DNA of 64,000 nt from Selaginella moellendorffii (GCF_000143415.4 NW_003314297.1:800723-864722); one strand, 5' to 3'. Shown: positions 38,477-52,100, numbered from the stretch's first letter. Numbers and translations are program-made. The notes: generated from the letters alone by a model not told the origin.

Positions 38477-38936
38477 CGCTTTGCTTGCTGCCTACTCGTG
38501 AATCTCCTCCTTGCGGATCAGGGAAGAAAATAAAAAATATTAGGGCTCTACATTTGAATAATCGAGGGCGTGAGGATTAGGGCATGCGAGGTGGGCCCGT
38601 TAAGGGTAACTAGCTGTTTCTCGAATATGCATACTTCTATTATTAATACCCTTACCCTAACCCTAACCCTTCTAACCCTTAAGCATGACGTGACGGTCAA
38701 TGTCCGCTGCGCAAAATTCAGAGTTGGTTGGCTTCGCAAGTTGGAGATATTCTCTGGACATAATGCGAGTGCTCAAAGAGCTTCTTGTCTTCAAGCTCCA
38801 CTTAAGCCAAAATTTTCTCCTTGCACTCAAGTAAAACAGGTAACGACAAGTTTCGCACGCGCAACGTAGTCTTCGAATAAATCACAGCCAGGGGACTCTG
38901 TTCCTCGTCTCCATTGATAGCAGGAACTCAGTCCGA

Positions 38937-40190
38937 ATGGGCAAGGCGATTTGCGTGACTGGAGCTGGTGGTTTCATTGCTTCGTGGATTGTTCGTGATC
39001 TTCTTAACAAGGGCTTTTCAGTTCCTGGCACTGTCCGCGATCCAGGTTCTGGTTTGTTATCTTTGTCCCAGATCTAGTGATGGTGGCTTTCAGATGACAA
39101 CGCCAAGTGTGGACATCTTAAGCAACTGGATGGAAGCGAGAGACTAAAACTACATAAGGCTGATGTGCTCGACTATGACTCAATCGCTGACGCGATTCGG
39201 GACTGTGAAGTTGTGTTCCATACTGCTTGCCCTGTAACCGCATCGACTGAGAATCCAGAGGTAGTCTCCTATTTCATTTCTTTTCTCTGGATAAGGCTGA
39301 CTGGGTAATTGAGTCCCAGGATGTTTTGGTGCCAGCAATCACCGGCACTCGCAACGTGTTGAAGGCCTGCGCACAGGAGAGGGTCAAACGGGTCATTGTC
39401 ACGTCGTCCGCGGCTGCGGTGATGTTCGATCCAAATCGGCCTGCGGAAAGAATTGTCGACGAGAGCTGCTGGTCTGATACTGACTACTGTACAAAGCTCA
39501 AGGTAAACTTATCCTCATCCTCGACAAAGTTACTGTGTTGTACTCACTGAAACTCTTGTTTCAAGCAATGGTATCTTTTAGCCAAGACGGAGTCTGAGAA
39601 GCTAGCGTGGAGTCTCTCCAAGGAGTACGGCCTTGACCTCATCACGATCTGCCCCTCGTACGTGTTTGGCCCGATGCTCCAGCCAACGCTGAATTCCAGC
39701 AGTGCGGTCTTGAAGGCTCTCGTGGATGGTTTGTGCTTTAAAAATGCTTCAGAAGCCTGATCGATGTGTCTTGTTTCCCCAGGTCATGAAAGCAGCTACC
39801 GCGATTCCTCCATTCCGGTTGTGGACGTGAGGGACGTCTCGAAAGCTCACATTCTGGCCATGGACAAGGAGGAGGCCTCGGGCCGCTATCTCTGCGTGGA
39901 AAGGGTTGTGTCCAACAGCGAGATTATCAAGATTCTCAGGGCCAAGTTCCCGCAGCTTTCATATCCAAAAGAGTAAGCGTCTCTAGTTCCTTTCTTCCGA
40001 TATCTATAAAGCTAGAAACTCTAGGTGCGTTGCTGAGACGAGCGTTTGGAACCAATCGGGAATCCGTCCCGACAATCTGGGAAGAGAGAAGCTCTTGGGG
40101 CTAATCACTGAGTTTGACATACCATTGGAACGGATGCTGTTTGACACTGTTTCCGACATGCTAAACAAGGGACTGTTAAGAGCCATCTGA
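38937..40190 (+). CDS. CCR/DFR/TKPR-like reductase, copy 2 (open; VHGTVR->VPGTVR)
   Basis: Same 6-exon structure and motifs as copy 1; stop 40188-40190. Confidence 0.85.
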
Positions 40191-40416
40191 TTTACCGGAG
40201 AGATTAGAAACATCGGGTCTACCATCTCCCATATAAGGACTTCAATTTGTGTCCTGGAAAATGAAACAAGTTCCTGTTTGTGTTTATTCTCTCTCTACAG
40301 ATTACTGGCTCCAAGTCTTTAGGTGTGAAAGAACTTGCTTGAAGAGACTGAGATCTACACTCCCAAATAAAGAACCCACCAAAACCAAGAACAAAAACTC
40401 CAAGAGCACAAGAATA

Positions 40417-43400
40417 TCATGCTTCATCAAAGTCGCATAGTCTCAAAGCCTTCAACCGAAGCTTAAATCGTCCGGGTGCCGCACAAGCTAGCTCGATGTT
40501 GCTGTGTTTCTCCAGTCCATAATTCACGATATCACTCGAGACACGTTTGGTTGCCTGGTCAGAAAGTTCTCGAGGAAGACTGAGGCTAAAACCACCAAAA
40601 ATCTCGAAGACTGTCACCTGTGGTTTCGATCTTGATGCAAACTCTTCTCTCCACGCCACCAATCTTCCGCTGCTCACAACCCTCCTCACTTGCTCCTCAT
40701 CGAAGCCAAAGTGGCGGTACCACGAAAGCACCAGCGCTTGGGACGCAGGATTGAGCACTGCCAGCGGCGGCGACCACGGCAAAAATCCTTGCTTCTCCGT
40801 GTCTAGCAGCTCGATCTCTGGATTGAAGCGTCTCATCGCCGCCAGACCCAAGCTATAGATGCTCTCGCTGTTGGTTTTGTTGTGATGTAAAAAGGGATGG
40901 ACATAACACTCATGAGCTCGACATGACTCAAGGGACATGACTCATGACCACGTGGACATGCCACGTCAGCTGATCGAGACTGACATCTCGACACTCCCAC
41001 TCTGGCTCGATCAGCTGAGAGGATGGACTACCCATCCCACTCAGCCGAAACAGATGGAGAGCAGACTCCCAGTGCAGCGCGATGGCGTTCAAAGGAGTCT
41101 CGAGCCAAAGCCTTCGTGAGTATATCAGCCACCATTGCCTCGGTGGGGCAATATTCCAGCAACAACTTTCCATTTTGGACTTGTTCCCGCACGTAGTGGA
41201 AACGAATCTCGATGTGTTTCGTCCGAGAATGGAATCCCAGCTTCAGCACAAAACGTCTCGAATTCGCCAGAGACGAATTCTCCTCCACGATCGCAGCGGA
41301 GCACACGAACTAAACAGCCGTGTAGATTTTCTGCCAAAGCCTTGTATTGGCTAAAACAGGAGAACACTTCTGATTTATGAGCCAGCAGGTACACGATCAG
41401 GTACCGCGTGTAATCATCCAGGAAGGTGACTACGTAACGTTTGCCTCCCAAAGATTCAACCATAATCGAACAAACGTCCGAGTGTACCAACTCAAGAACA
41501 GAACTTGCTCGAGAATGAGAAATCTGTGGAAAAGGAAAAACGTAGTGTTTTCCACCAACACAAGCTTCGCAGAAGGGCAGCGCGCTCCCAGGCGCCCCAG
41601 GAACATCCACCTTTTTTAGCTGTTGCTCGTTCACGTGACCAAGGCGCTGGTGCCAGGTTGCAAGTGTCGGTGGAACCCGAGCCATCAGCGCCACAGGTGG
41701 AAGGATCACGTGAGCATCCAGGCGGTAGAGCGTATCAACTGGAACTCCAAAAGCGACCTTGTCTCCAGTCTCGGCATCCAGCACGAACGCTCCCTGTGCT
41801 GTGAACAGAGTATCGAAGCCTACTTGAGCAGCAGTTCCAATCGACAGCAGCGTGTGTGTAAGTCCCGGAACATAAGATACAGGATAGATCTCCCGGATTT
41901 CTCCAGAAGAGAGCTGAACCCTGATTGTTCCTTTGCCTAGTACGTCGTGAGCAGAGGAGTCACCGAGTCCCACGGCGTCACTCTCACACGGTTCTTGGTA
42001 GTCAAAAAACAAGGAAGCCATGGGCGTCATATGGAATGACGCTCCAGAATCCAGCCACAGCTCTGGTCCGAGCACGGGCTGGTGGCTGCTGCTTGCAGAG
42101 CGAGCCATCAAGAGCTTACGAGGAGTCCCAGAGCCCTTGTCTTTGTTTCCTTTGTCTTTGTTCTTGGCAGCTTTAACACGATCAGCTTTCTTCTTCTTGC
42201 AATCCCTCGCCAAGTGTCCAGGTTTGTGGCAATAGTGACAAATGCCACGAAAACCAGTGTCGTTCGGCTGAGCTTGAGAGGACGAGGATGATCCTCCCGC
42301 AGCGCCAGCATAAAGCAAGGAAGATTTGGCAGAGGGCATCGCTTCTTTCTTCCCCTTCATCTTGCGTTCTTCTTCAAGTAGGGCACCCACGACTTGATCA
42401 AAGTTCATGGCCATGTGAGATAGAACAGATGCGAGCGTGCTAAACGCAGGCGTGACGGTTGCAAGCAGCAACGCCCTGGCGCGATCATCCGTGACAGGAG
42501 ACCCAGCACCAGTCAATTCAGCCATTAGCCCTCGAATCCGTCCCACGTACACAGCAATGGTTTCACCCGTTTCCATGTGAAGCGCCAAGAATTGTTGATT
42601 CAGCAACATGGAAGAATTGGCGGCTTGGGCCACGAAGATCGTGCAAAGCGACGTCCAGATTTCAGCAGCGGTCTTGGTGAGATCAATCAGTGGCAAGAAT
42701 TCATCGCTCAATCCCAAGCCAATGACGGTGATGGCTTGCTGATTGCGAAAATCCCAATCTGATTGTAGCGTCTGCTCAGCGGGACGAGGCTCAGTCCCAT
42801 CAACGATGTTCCACGCTCGTTTCGCAGAGAGGATCAGCCTGATTCGTGTCGCCCATGTGAAGAAATTCGTGCCACTGAATTTCTCCACCTTCTCTGTGGA
42901 AGCCACGAGAACTTGAGCAGCAACCGGTGGCGGCGGCGGCGGCAGCAGCGGCGGTGGTGGTGGGGGCGGCGGAGGTGGTGGTGGGGTTGAAGCGGCCATG
43001 ACAGCAACGTCAAATCAACCAACCAGGATCGTCCCCGAAATCCGATACCATGTTGTGGTGTAAAAAGGGATGGACATAACACTCATGAGCTCGTTCATTG
43101 TGTTCCGACTCTTTTTACACGACTCAAGGGACATGACTCATGACCACGTGGACATGCCACGTCAGCTGATCGAGACTGACATCTCGACAGCCGGTACGTG
43201 CTCGGCTCCAAATCCCACTGCAAGACCGTGAGAGCCTCCACCAGGCTCACATCTCGCTCCTTGGAGGCCTCGATGCACCACAAGATCATCCCCAGCACAC
43301 GGACAAGGCTGTTGTCTCTTCGCACCTGGAAGATCCCACACGGATACGCAGCTCCAGCCCCTGTGAACTGGAACTCTCCACTGTAAACTGGCAAGAAGTT

Positions 43401-43790
43401 CCTCTCCTCTCCTGGAGCGCACACCGAGCAAGCCATGTCGTCCACCATGATGGTTTGCTCCATGTTCACCTCGATCGCCATGGGGAGATCCCGGAGTCTT
43501 GAGCACTGTGAATCCGTCCACCCGGTAGAGATGGTTCTGCGAGAAGACACTGCAATCCTTGAGGCCTCCTGCTGTGCATGCTGGGAAAATGTCGGCCAGG
43601 AGGCTTGCAACGAGCAGCGAGTTTCGCGATTCCAGGACGAAGCTGAAGAAGCTGACGCTCATACCTGGGATTTGGCTGAGCGTGAGTAGAAACTCGCGGC
43701 ATCCATGCAGCGGCGCGTAGGAATCGCCACCGGCAGAGTGTTTGCCGCCGCGATCGAGGCGAACAAGCGTCCGGTCGAGGTCCAAGAGCC
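40417..43790 (-). pseudogene. HAD phosphatase copy 2, split by Copia insertion; start codon deleted
   Basis: 3' half 40417-40877, 5' half 43190-43790; the ACCTGCATG segment containing the ATG is missing; additional frameshift near 43500. Confidence 0.85.
40878..43189 (-). mobile_element. Internally deleted Ty1/Copia LTR retrotransposon (gag-PR-partial IN fused to RNase H tail; RT missing)
   Basis: LTRs 43051-43189 and 40878-40993 (TG..CA); PBS TGGTATCGGA; PPT GAGTGGGAG. ORF 41125-42999 has CHYCHKPGHLARDC, LDSGAS, WHQRLGH..CEAC, LVHSDVC and LRCDRGGEF, then TKHIEIRFHYVRE in another frame. Confidence 0.92.
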
Positions 43791-44759
43791 TCAATAACCC
43801 TAGAATTTTTATTATTTTAGGATGTTAGACGGCGAGGGTATTGGATGAGAAGCAAAGAGCTTTGGGCAAGCCTATGCCCAACATAAGAGAGAGACGAAAG
43901 GAGAAATGGCAAAAGAAGCTTCTCATCGCCCACCAGACTTCTGGAGAAAAGACCCCTCGTTCCAAATCCATTCTCACTCTTCCACTGGCTGGAGTTACAC
44001 ACTGAGCAATATTCTTCAAAATACCCACTCATTATTTTTTTCTTGCCTTTGTCCTTTGAAAAGACCTTTTGAACTGTAGCCTCTCCGATCACCAATCTGC
44101 TAGTTTATATTGATCTCAACATGGAATAGATTTAGAGATTCTCATCCTGTAAACATTTTTTCACTGTAGCTAAATAGAAGTTAGAAGGGCAAATCATAGT
44201 AAAGCTTGAGAAATAGAGTGTTAAGGGTACATGTTTTAGGGTTTGGAACAGCTCCCTCAATTGTGAAAAGACAGAAGACTATGTATTGTCTACGTTCTTC
44301 TAATGCCAACTTTAGTTACAACCCATTTAGTTGCCATGTAAATGATATCAACAATTTAAAATTTGAAGTTTAAAGGAACAAAATAATTGTCTAATGTTGC
44401 TGTTTATGAATTAAGTTGAGTGTGGTCTGAATGTTTTTTATTTTCTAGAGAAAGGAAAATCAAATTATTGAGGCAAAGAGAAATGCAAGTGAATGAAAAC
44501 TAAAGCCTTATTTCAAATCCTAATTAACACCTAATATATGAATAATTTGGTGAACAAAAATTTAATGAAGAATTTGTGAGTGCATGGAATATGGAACAGG
44601 AATACAGAAATGTGCATATCAATTAGCCCAAAAACCCTAGCTTATATACAGGAGCGAGTTGTCCGGATTGAAACTAATCCGACGGCTACCAAAATCCCAC
44701 TACGCTAATATTAGTATATGGCATCGTAGCCATACACTTGGCCCTCACATCATCCCCTC

Positions 44760-47700
44760 CTTTCGGAATAATGGAAGGCCGTCAGGGTTCTCTTGTAGAC
44801 AGGCCGGGATCTGGAGGAATGTCAGGAGGAGCATCGGCAGATCTGTAGACGGTATTAACTGCTCCTGATCCCTTTGTATGAAGTGTTTTAACCACTGCAC
44901 ATGAGCGGATTCTTTCGGATAATGGTCCTGCATTTATAGTTAAGGTATTTCATGTTTTGACATCTCGGTTGGGGATACGCCACACTTTTACGAGTGCTTA
45001 TCATCCACAATCAGACGGTCTGGTGGAACGGCTCGTTCAGACATTCAAAGGGATGATTGCGAAGTATGTGAACTTTCAGCATTCGGATTGGGATGGTTAT
45101 TTGCCGTCTCTTCGGTATGCCTATGTCACAGGGGTGCAGAGTTCTGTTGGTGCTTCACCATATAAACTTTTATATGGTCATGATCCAATATTACCAACAG
45201 AGCTGGGTTTACCTTTGCGATTGCCACGAGCTCCTGATACTAGGTCATGGGATCAATATTTGACAAGCATTCTTCCACTTGTCCGAGCAGAGTCTGCTGA
45301 ACACTTAGGCCGCGTACAAATGGGACAACAACGGCGCTACAATTCCCATCATCGTCCACCTGCGGAGTACAAAGTGGATGATTTGGTGTTAGTCCATTTT
45401 CCCCATCTTACGGTACGTGGTTTATCTAAGGGGCTCCTTGCGCAATGGAAAGGACCGTATCGGGTGTTGCGGCAAGTTGGACCACAAGTTTATGAGGTTC
45501 GGCATGACGTTCAGCCTGGACAAGTATGCTGGAACACCACTCGATTGAGGAGGAAGTATCCAACACCAGTTGCAGAGGCACTAGCAAGAGCACCAACTTC
45601 CACCCAACGAGTCAAATAGTCAGAAGCAATAATAACATACTCATTGCCAGCAGTCGATCGTGGAAAAGGTCCCATAAGATCAAATGCCACCAACTCAAAC
45701 GGACGAGAAACTGCAATTGACTCCAACTGTCCTTCTGCAGCATAAGGGGGAGTATTACGAGCTTGGCACCAAACGCAGCTACGCACATACCGGATAATAT
45801 CACGTCGCATCTCTGGCCAATAGAAAGATCTACGCAGCTTCTCGGTGACACGACGGTGTCCCATATGCCCACCTAGAATAGGAGAATCATGGTAGGCATG
45901 GAGAAACCGCGGAATAAACACCGAAGGCACCACCAGCCGTAAATGATCATCAGGATCCATCCCCATAAAATAAAGAAGGCCATCTTCAAGACGATATTGA
46001 GAATGTAAATGCCGGAAAGGCAAGTCATCAGCAAGTGATGCAGGATTCTCAAACCCATCTCAAAGCCTTCGAATCCACGGCTCAATCTTTTGAGCCTCGC
46101 GAACCTCATCAAGAGAAGGTAGATCTTGCTCTGCACCCTGTGGACACTGAACGTCAAGGACAGCAACCGCCGACGGCATAGAATCCTCATCTAGAAAATC
46201 CATAGATGCTGGAACAACAGGTTCGTCAGAAACATGAGAAGTGAGTGGAGAAGGAAGAGGAGCTCGAGAAAGGGCATCAGCATCAGCCATAGAACTCCCT
46301 GGGCGATGAACAACATCGAAATCATATATCTGAAGCTTCAAAGCCCATCGAGCCGTACGACCAACCAAGTTCTTCCGCTTCAATAATGAAGTAACAGCAG
46401 CATGGTCACCTTCAAGTAACGTCCGAGAACCATGTAGATATGCATGAAGTTTCTTGAAACCCCAGACTACTGCTAAACACTCCTTCTCCGTCGTGGAGTA
46501 GTTCATCTCCGCTGGTTGTAATGTACGGCTTATGTATGCAATGGGATGGCGCTGACCAGGCACACTCGAGCTCTCTTGCATCAACACACCTCCAAGACCA
46601 ATGTCAGAAGCATCCACGCGCAAAATAAAAGGTCGAGTGTAGTCAAGATATGCCAAAACCGGAGGAGTCGTCAATAGCTCTTTGAGATTCACGAACACCC
46701 GCTCACAATCCGGAGACCAGATGAAAGATGACGTTGATGACTTCAGCAACGCTCGCAATGGTGTAGTGCGATCGGGAAGATGATCCATAAAACGACCGAG
46801 ATACTGCACCTTACCCAAAAAGCGCTGCACATCATTCACACACTTCGAAGTAGGGAACTTTAGAATAGCCACAAGTTTGTTAGGATCAACTTGCAAACCC
46901 TCACGAGAAATACGATACCCAAGATAAGTTGTGTCCTTGGACCCAAACACGCACTTTGACCGCTTTAGCTTTAAACCATCGTCGCGTAGCCGATCCAACA
47001 CTTTACAAACATCACGAACGTGCTCCTCCCACGTCCCCTCCGAGTGGATCAAGACATCATCAATGAAGTCAGCCGTCACCTCCGGCATATCGCAAAGAAC
47101 CTCGTCCATCATCCGTTGAAAAGTTGCTGGAGCATTGTTCAAACCAAACGGCATCACCAAGAACTCGTACAAACCAAATGGTGTACAAAAAGCAGTTTTA
47201 GGAATATCTTCTTCGGCCATCGGTACTTGCCAATACCCAGAAGCAAGATCTAGCTTGGTGAACCAACGACTTCGCCCCAGATGATCCAAGAGATCAGCAG
47301 TGTGAGGAAGAGGGTACACGTCCGGGATCGTCACTTCATTTAACGGACGATAGTCGATGCAGAAACGAATACTCCCATCAGGCTTCATCACAAGATGAGG
47401 TTCACATGCCCAAGGACTCCACGACTTCCGGATAACACCCTTCTCCAACATCTCCTTGACGTTTGCACGTAAAATCTTGATCTCTTTGGGTGACCGACGA
47501 CGAACAGGAACCTTGATTGGATGAGCATCCCCAGTTGGAATGGGATGACGTGTGGCAATCTTGGCCCCAGACGATAGGTCAAATTCAAAGAGATCAGAAT
47601 ACTCCTTCATGAGCTGGTCAATAGCTGCAGCACAAAGATCATCGGAGGGATCGAAAAAGGGAAGAGCAGAACAAGATGGAAACACAAGAGGAAATAGTGG

Positions 47701-48246
47701 GGGAACAAAAGTAATGGAAGCAAAGGTAAAAGGAAAGGGACGAAGAGGTACAGAAGTGAGAGGAATGGATGAAACATAAGGAAGTATGAGACAAGGGGGA
47801 GAAGCCTTAAAGTCACACTTGGCATGATTGTGCTGCAACCAATCTATACCAAGAATGAGGTCAAAAGCTTGACTCGGCACCACCTGCAACGACTGCAACT
47901 CAAGCTTAAGATCGCCCACACGCACAATCAGGTCCGCCTCATCTCGTGCATATGCATGTGTACGGCCATTGCCATAAAGAATGAAAACTGAATCCGCCGC
48001 ACGACGCAAGTGTAGACGACAACGTGTGGCAACAGGTCGAGCAATAGAAGATAAACTCGAACCTGTATCAACCAACACGGAGAGAAGAATAGGAGACCTC
48101 TTGTTATAAAAACGAGCTTGGAAAGTAAACACTGGATGAACCGGTGCCGAGTGAACCCCTTGATGATACTCCCGAAAGAAAGATGGAGGGGTCACTAACT
48201 TATTCGCGCAAGGTCCCTCCATTACTCGTGCGACTCTTCGTTTCCC
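44760..48246 (-). pseudogene. pol: Gypsy Pol (PR-RT-RH-IN) in -1 frame; stop at 46060 and inverted integrase core
   Basis: LVDTGSS, RFCIDYRPLN, LDLASGYWQV, MPFGLNNAPATFQ, FIDDVLI, VDASDIGLGGVL, H..GH..C..C. The segment SDNGPAF..AYHPQSDGLVER lies on the + strand (~44903-45516). Confidence 0.9.
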
Positions 48247-49154
48247 GAATGCACCTCGGTATCTAAACCTTCCACCGCAGCAGCACCAACGGGACGTTGT
48301 TGACGCCAAGGTCTCCACCCAGGAAATGGAGGTCGCCAATCCGGAAAGCGCCGACAACGCCGATAAGTATGACCAACTTCATCACACGCCCAGCAGCGAA
48401 CATCACGGCCACGACCACATCCTCGCCCTTGTCCTTGGACTCGAGTAGCAGCAGCATCAACCTCCATGGGAATAGGACCATCACTCATAAGAAGTGGAGC
48501 TGAAGGACATGTAGCAAGAAGTGGAAGAGGCGACGTCTCATAACGTTGTGCCAAGCGAAGAGCATCATCAAGGGTGGCAGGAGCAAGTGCATGCACAAGG
48601 CCAACAAGATCTTGACGAAGTGCTGGCCACAACATTCCTAGCTTGATCCGCTCCGATATATTAGGCTCCGCACGAAGCAAAAGACTTCGGAAACGAACGC
48701 CAAATTGCATCACCGACTCAGATGGCCCTTGGCGAAGATGATGCAATTGTTGGAAGGCATCGTCACAATCGTCGGCATGTCCGAAAGCACATTTGAAGAC
48801 GTCCGGAAGAACACTCCAATCCCCACGAGTGGCCGCACTCAATCCATTGTACCACTGTAACACCATCCCTTGGAGACACGTGGGAAACTCACGCAAACGT
48901 CGAGCATCATTCCAAGAATGATATGTGGCAATCACCGTGAAGTGATCGAACCAATGGTACACATTATCCCCAGGATTCCCACGAATGAACTCCGGCCGAA
49001 CGCGAGGATTGGCACCAAGAGCAGGAGGAGTTGGAACACGTCCCGTGAATGCTGCCATCAATTGAGTTTGGTTGTTCAATTGCAAGCGTATAGCATCAAG
49101 CAATTGAACCAACTGCTGCTCTAGAGTCAAAGGAGGAAATTGCGGATCGGCCAT
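48222..49154 (-). CDS. gag: Gypsy Gag with CCHC zinc knuckle
   Basis: LRQGPSESVMQF, PIPMEVD, CWACDEVGHTYRRC. Confidence 0.88.
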   Translation of the reverse strand: MADPQFPPLTLEQQLVQLLDAIRLQLNNQTQLMAAFTGRVPTPPALGANPRVRPEFIRGNPGDNVYHWFDHFTVIATYHSWNDARRLREFPTCLQGMVLQWYNGLSAATRGDWSVLPDVFKCAFGHADDCDDAFQQLHHLRQGPSESVMQFGVRFRSLLLRAEPNISERIKLGMLWPALRQDLVGLVHALAPATLDDALRLAQRYETSPLPLLATCPSAPLLMSDGPIPMEVDAAATRVQGQGRGCGRGRDVRCWACDEVGHTYRRCRRFPDWRPPFPGWRPWRQQRPVGAAAVEGLDTEVHSGNEESHE

Positions 49155-52100
49155 GAAGATGAACGAAAAAGAAAGAGCAAAAGAAGAGAAATGACAAAAG
49201 CTGGAAAGAAATGGTAGATCTATACAATGCAAAAAGCTAAATCTAAACCAAAATCCTGAAAGAAAAGAACAAAAGAAAGGAAATGGAAAAAGCTAAATCT
49301 AGACGATACAAAAGCTAGATCTAAACCGAAATCCCAAATCCAAGCACTCCCCAGGGACAATCAAAGGTACCCCTCACCTCCACCAATGTGAGCGCATGGA
49401 ATATGGAACGGGAATACAGAAATGTGCATATCAATTAGCCCAAAAACCTTAGCTTATATACAGGAGCGAGTGGTCCAGATTGAAACCAATCCGACGGCTA
49501 CCAAAATCCCACTACGCTAATATTAGTATACGGCATCGTAGCCGTACACTTGGCCCTCACAAATTGAATTTAAATTAGTGAATAAAAAAATAGATATCGT
49601 AGCTGTACACTTGGCCCTCACAATATGTGTTTAGAGTTTCTCATAAATTCTCTAATAGTATTTTGAAGTTTTTCCATGATTAAAACACTTTTTTCATTTT
49701 AAAATAATAATCACTATTTTCTATTTTACTTTTGCCTTTGGTTTTCTTCAAGATAATTGTTTTGTCTTCATCCAATTAGTCAGCTTTTTTGTCTCTATTC
49801 TCCATTAAGTCAACTATAATTCTAATAAATCCATTATAATATGCTTTGTGACATTTAGTTTTTGAAAAAGTACTTATTCATTTTTTTAATCTTATCTTAC
49901 CTCAATGTTACAATTAAAAAAATTAGAAATAGAGATACACACATATATTTTTTATTTCCACTTATCTTAGCTCAATGTTACAATAAAAACTTAGAAATAG
50001 AGATACACACATATATTTATTTCTTCCAGCAATTTATTTTTTTCTAAGATATTATCAAAATTAGGGAAAAATTTGACAACAAATAAATTCTCTTGTACTT
50101 GGGGAGTATTTTTGAAAAATCCCTTAATATCTTAATTTGAATATATTAAATTTTTTATCCACTTTTGATATTGTTTTTATCTTTACTACTTATACTATTT
50201 TCTTAACAAGTGGGGTTACTACTCAATCTAAATTGTGGAAGAGAGAAATAAATCAAAAATAAAGTTTCAAAAAATAAAAAAGCTTTAACAAGAAAGCAAA
50301 AAGAAGAAGCCTCAACTACCAGTTAAAAGGGCTAAACTAATGGTTAAGAGAGTGAGATAAACTATTAAAGAACCTATTGAATTTGGTTGTGAGAATGGGA
50401 TAAATTACAATAAAATTTATCAAGAAAGTAGGTTAAATTTTTGAGAATTTGGTAGTGAACTAAATCTTTCATGAAAGAATGGTATAAAATCTTGGTGCAT
50501 TAGATGAGGGTAACAAAAAAAAACTTTCACAATAGCTATATTCAATAAAAAATTTAAAACATCAAGTAGATTTAGAGAGGGAGGAATAAATAATAATTTT
50601 TTTTTCATTTTAAAAAGTTTTTTCCCTATTTTTTGGCACTAGTGACTACTTAGTAAATATTGTTTACTTATATAGCAATTTTTATTACATAACAATTGGT
50701 TAAAAAAACATTAAATTTGAAGGTGTAGGATCAAGCAACTTGAGACATCAAGATGCATGAAACCAAAATAATGACACTGAACACTTCTATCCTCCTATCA
50801 CAAATCTTCAATACATGGCCTATTTGTTTTCAGGAACTTAGCCTTAGATGGAGGAGAAAACACATACATCCCCAATACAGTTCCACTGTATAGAAAGTTA
50901 TACTTCAGCAAGCCAATTGTAGATTTTCTAGCTCAAGCACTAAGCCTTCTATTGTTACCACCTTTTCTCAAGTTAGGTGCCAATTTTCTAATGGAGTGAA
51001 CTTTGCATTTCCTAGGGTAGGCATATTAGATGAAACAAATGCCCTTCAAGCATGTATCCATCTTCTATAGTTGGTTTTGATTCTTTTTAACATCAGAAAT
51101 GATAACAAAAAGGAGAAGGGTTTGGAATAGCTTTTTGAGGAATTCTGTGGCTTTGTTTAGCATGATCAAAGTTACTCAACAATATCAGCACAAAGTGGGA
51201 ACACCAATTTAATTTTACAGAAATCATTACTTCTGTGGAATCATACAAAATTGTTTAGAATTTTGTTGTGAAAGTCACAATGATTGTTATGACTTGAATG
51301 TTGCTCCATCTCTTATTATAGTAATTAAGTTGAGAAATCCTTAAAAATATCATACACAAATATGATAATACATCATTCCATTCATATTAACATGTTTATA
51401 TGAATCTAGGTTTCAAAGAGGCAGATAGTGGTAGACTTTTTGATGTAGTTGAGTTTTATAAGAATGCTATTGAAACAAAACCACAAAAATATATATGCTA
51501 ACAGTCCTAAGGATTATTTAATGACTATTTTACCATGGAAAGGAAAAGTGAGATCCTGTAGAGTGATGTTTTAGAATATTAAAATGTGCTAAAGTACTTT
51601 TGATATGAATTTATCAATTTCTTTTTTCAAATAATTATTCTAGATCCCACTTTTAACTAAATTCTATTAAGAGAATTAATTTTTTAAAAAATGCTAAGTT
51701 CTCTTTAAAACATTTTAACATCCAAGTAATATAAAAAATTTTACTAACCTTTGGCTTTCCACATCAATGTAAAGTGGCACATTGGTTTGTGATGGTCATT
51801 GGACAATGTTGACAATGATAGGCATTGCTACACTCGTTTTTTTAACGAGCTGTTTATGCATGATGCACAAATGAATAGTTATCACATCTATCTCCCAAAC
51901 CAGACCCTGGATTCACAGAAGAAGAGATCTTAAGGTGATCATATCACAAGAGTTTGTGTTTCTTTATATGGAATAGCTAGGTATAGAATTTATTTATACT
52001 AATAAAGATAAAAATGTTTTTAGATTGTGAGTGCAATGGAATATGGAAAGAGAATACAAAAAATGTGTATATCAATTAGCCCAAAAACCTAGCTTATATA

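Larger units (their letters stand above)
44575..49561 (-). mobile_element. Ty3/Gypsy LTR retrotransposon, near full length, defective
   Basis: 175-bp LTRs 44575-44749 and 49387-49561; TSD AATT; PBS TGGTGGAGGTG (tRNA-Ala); PPT GGAGGGGATGA; order gag-PR-RT-RH-IN. Confidence 0.95.

Noticed and set aside
44957-45619. Separate + strand integrase gene or nested element
   Set aside because: It is the missing middle of the surrounding element's own integrase, inverted in place.
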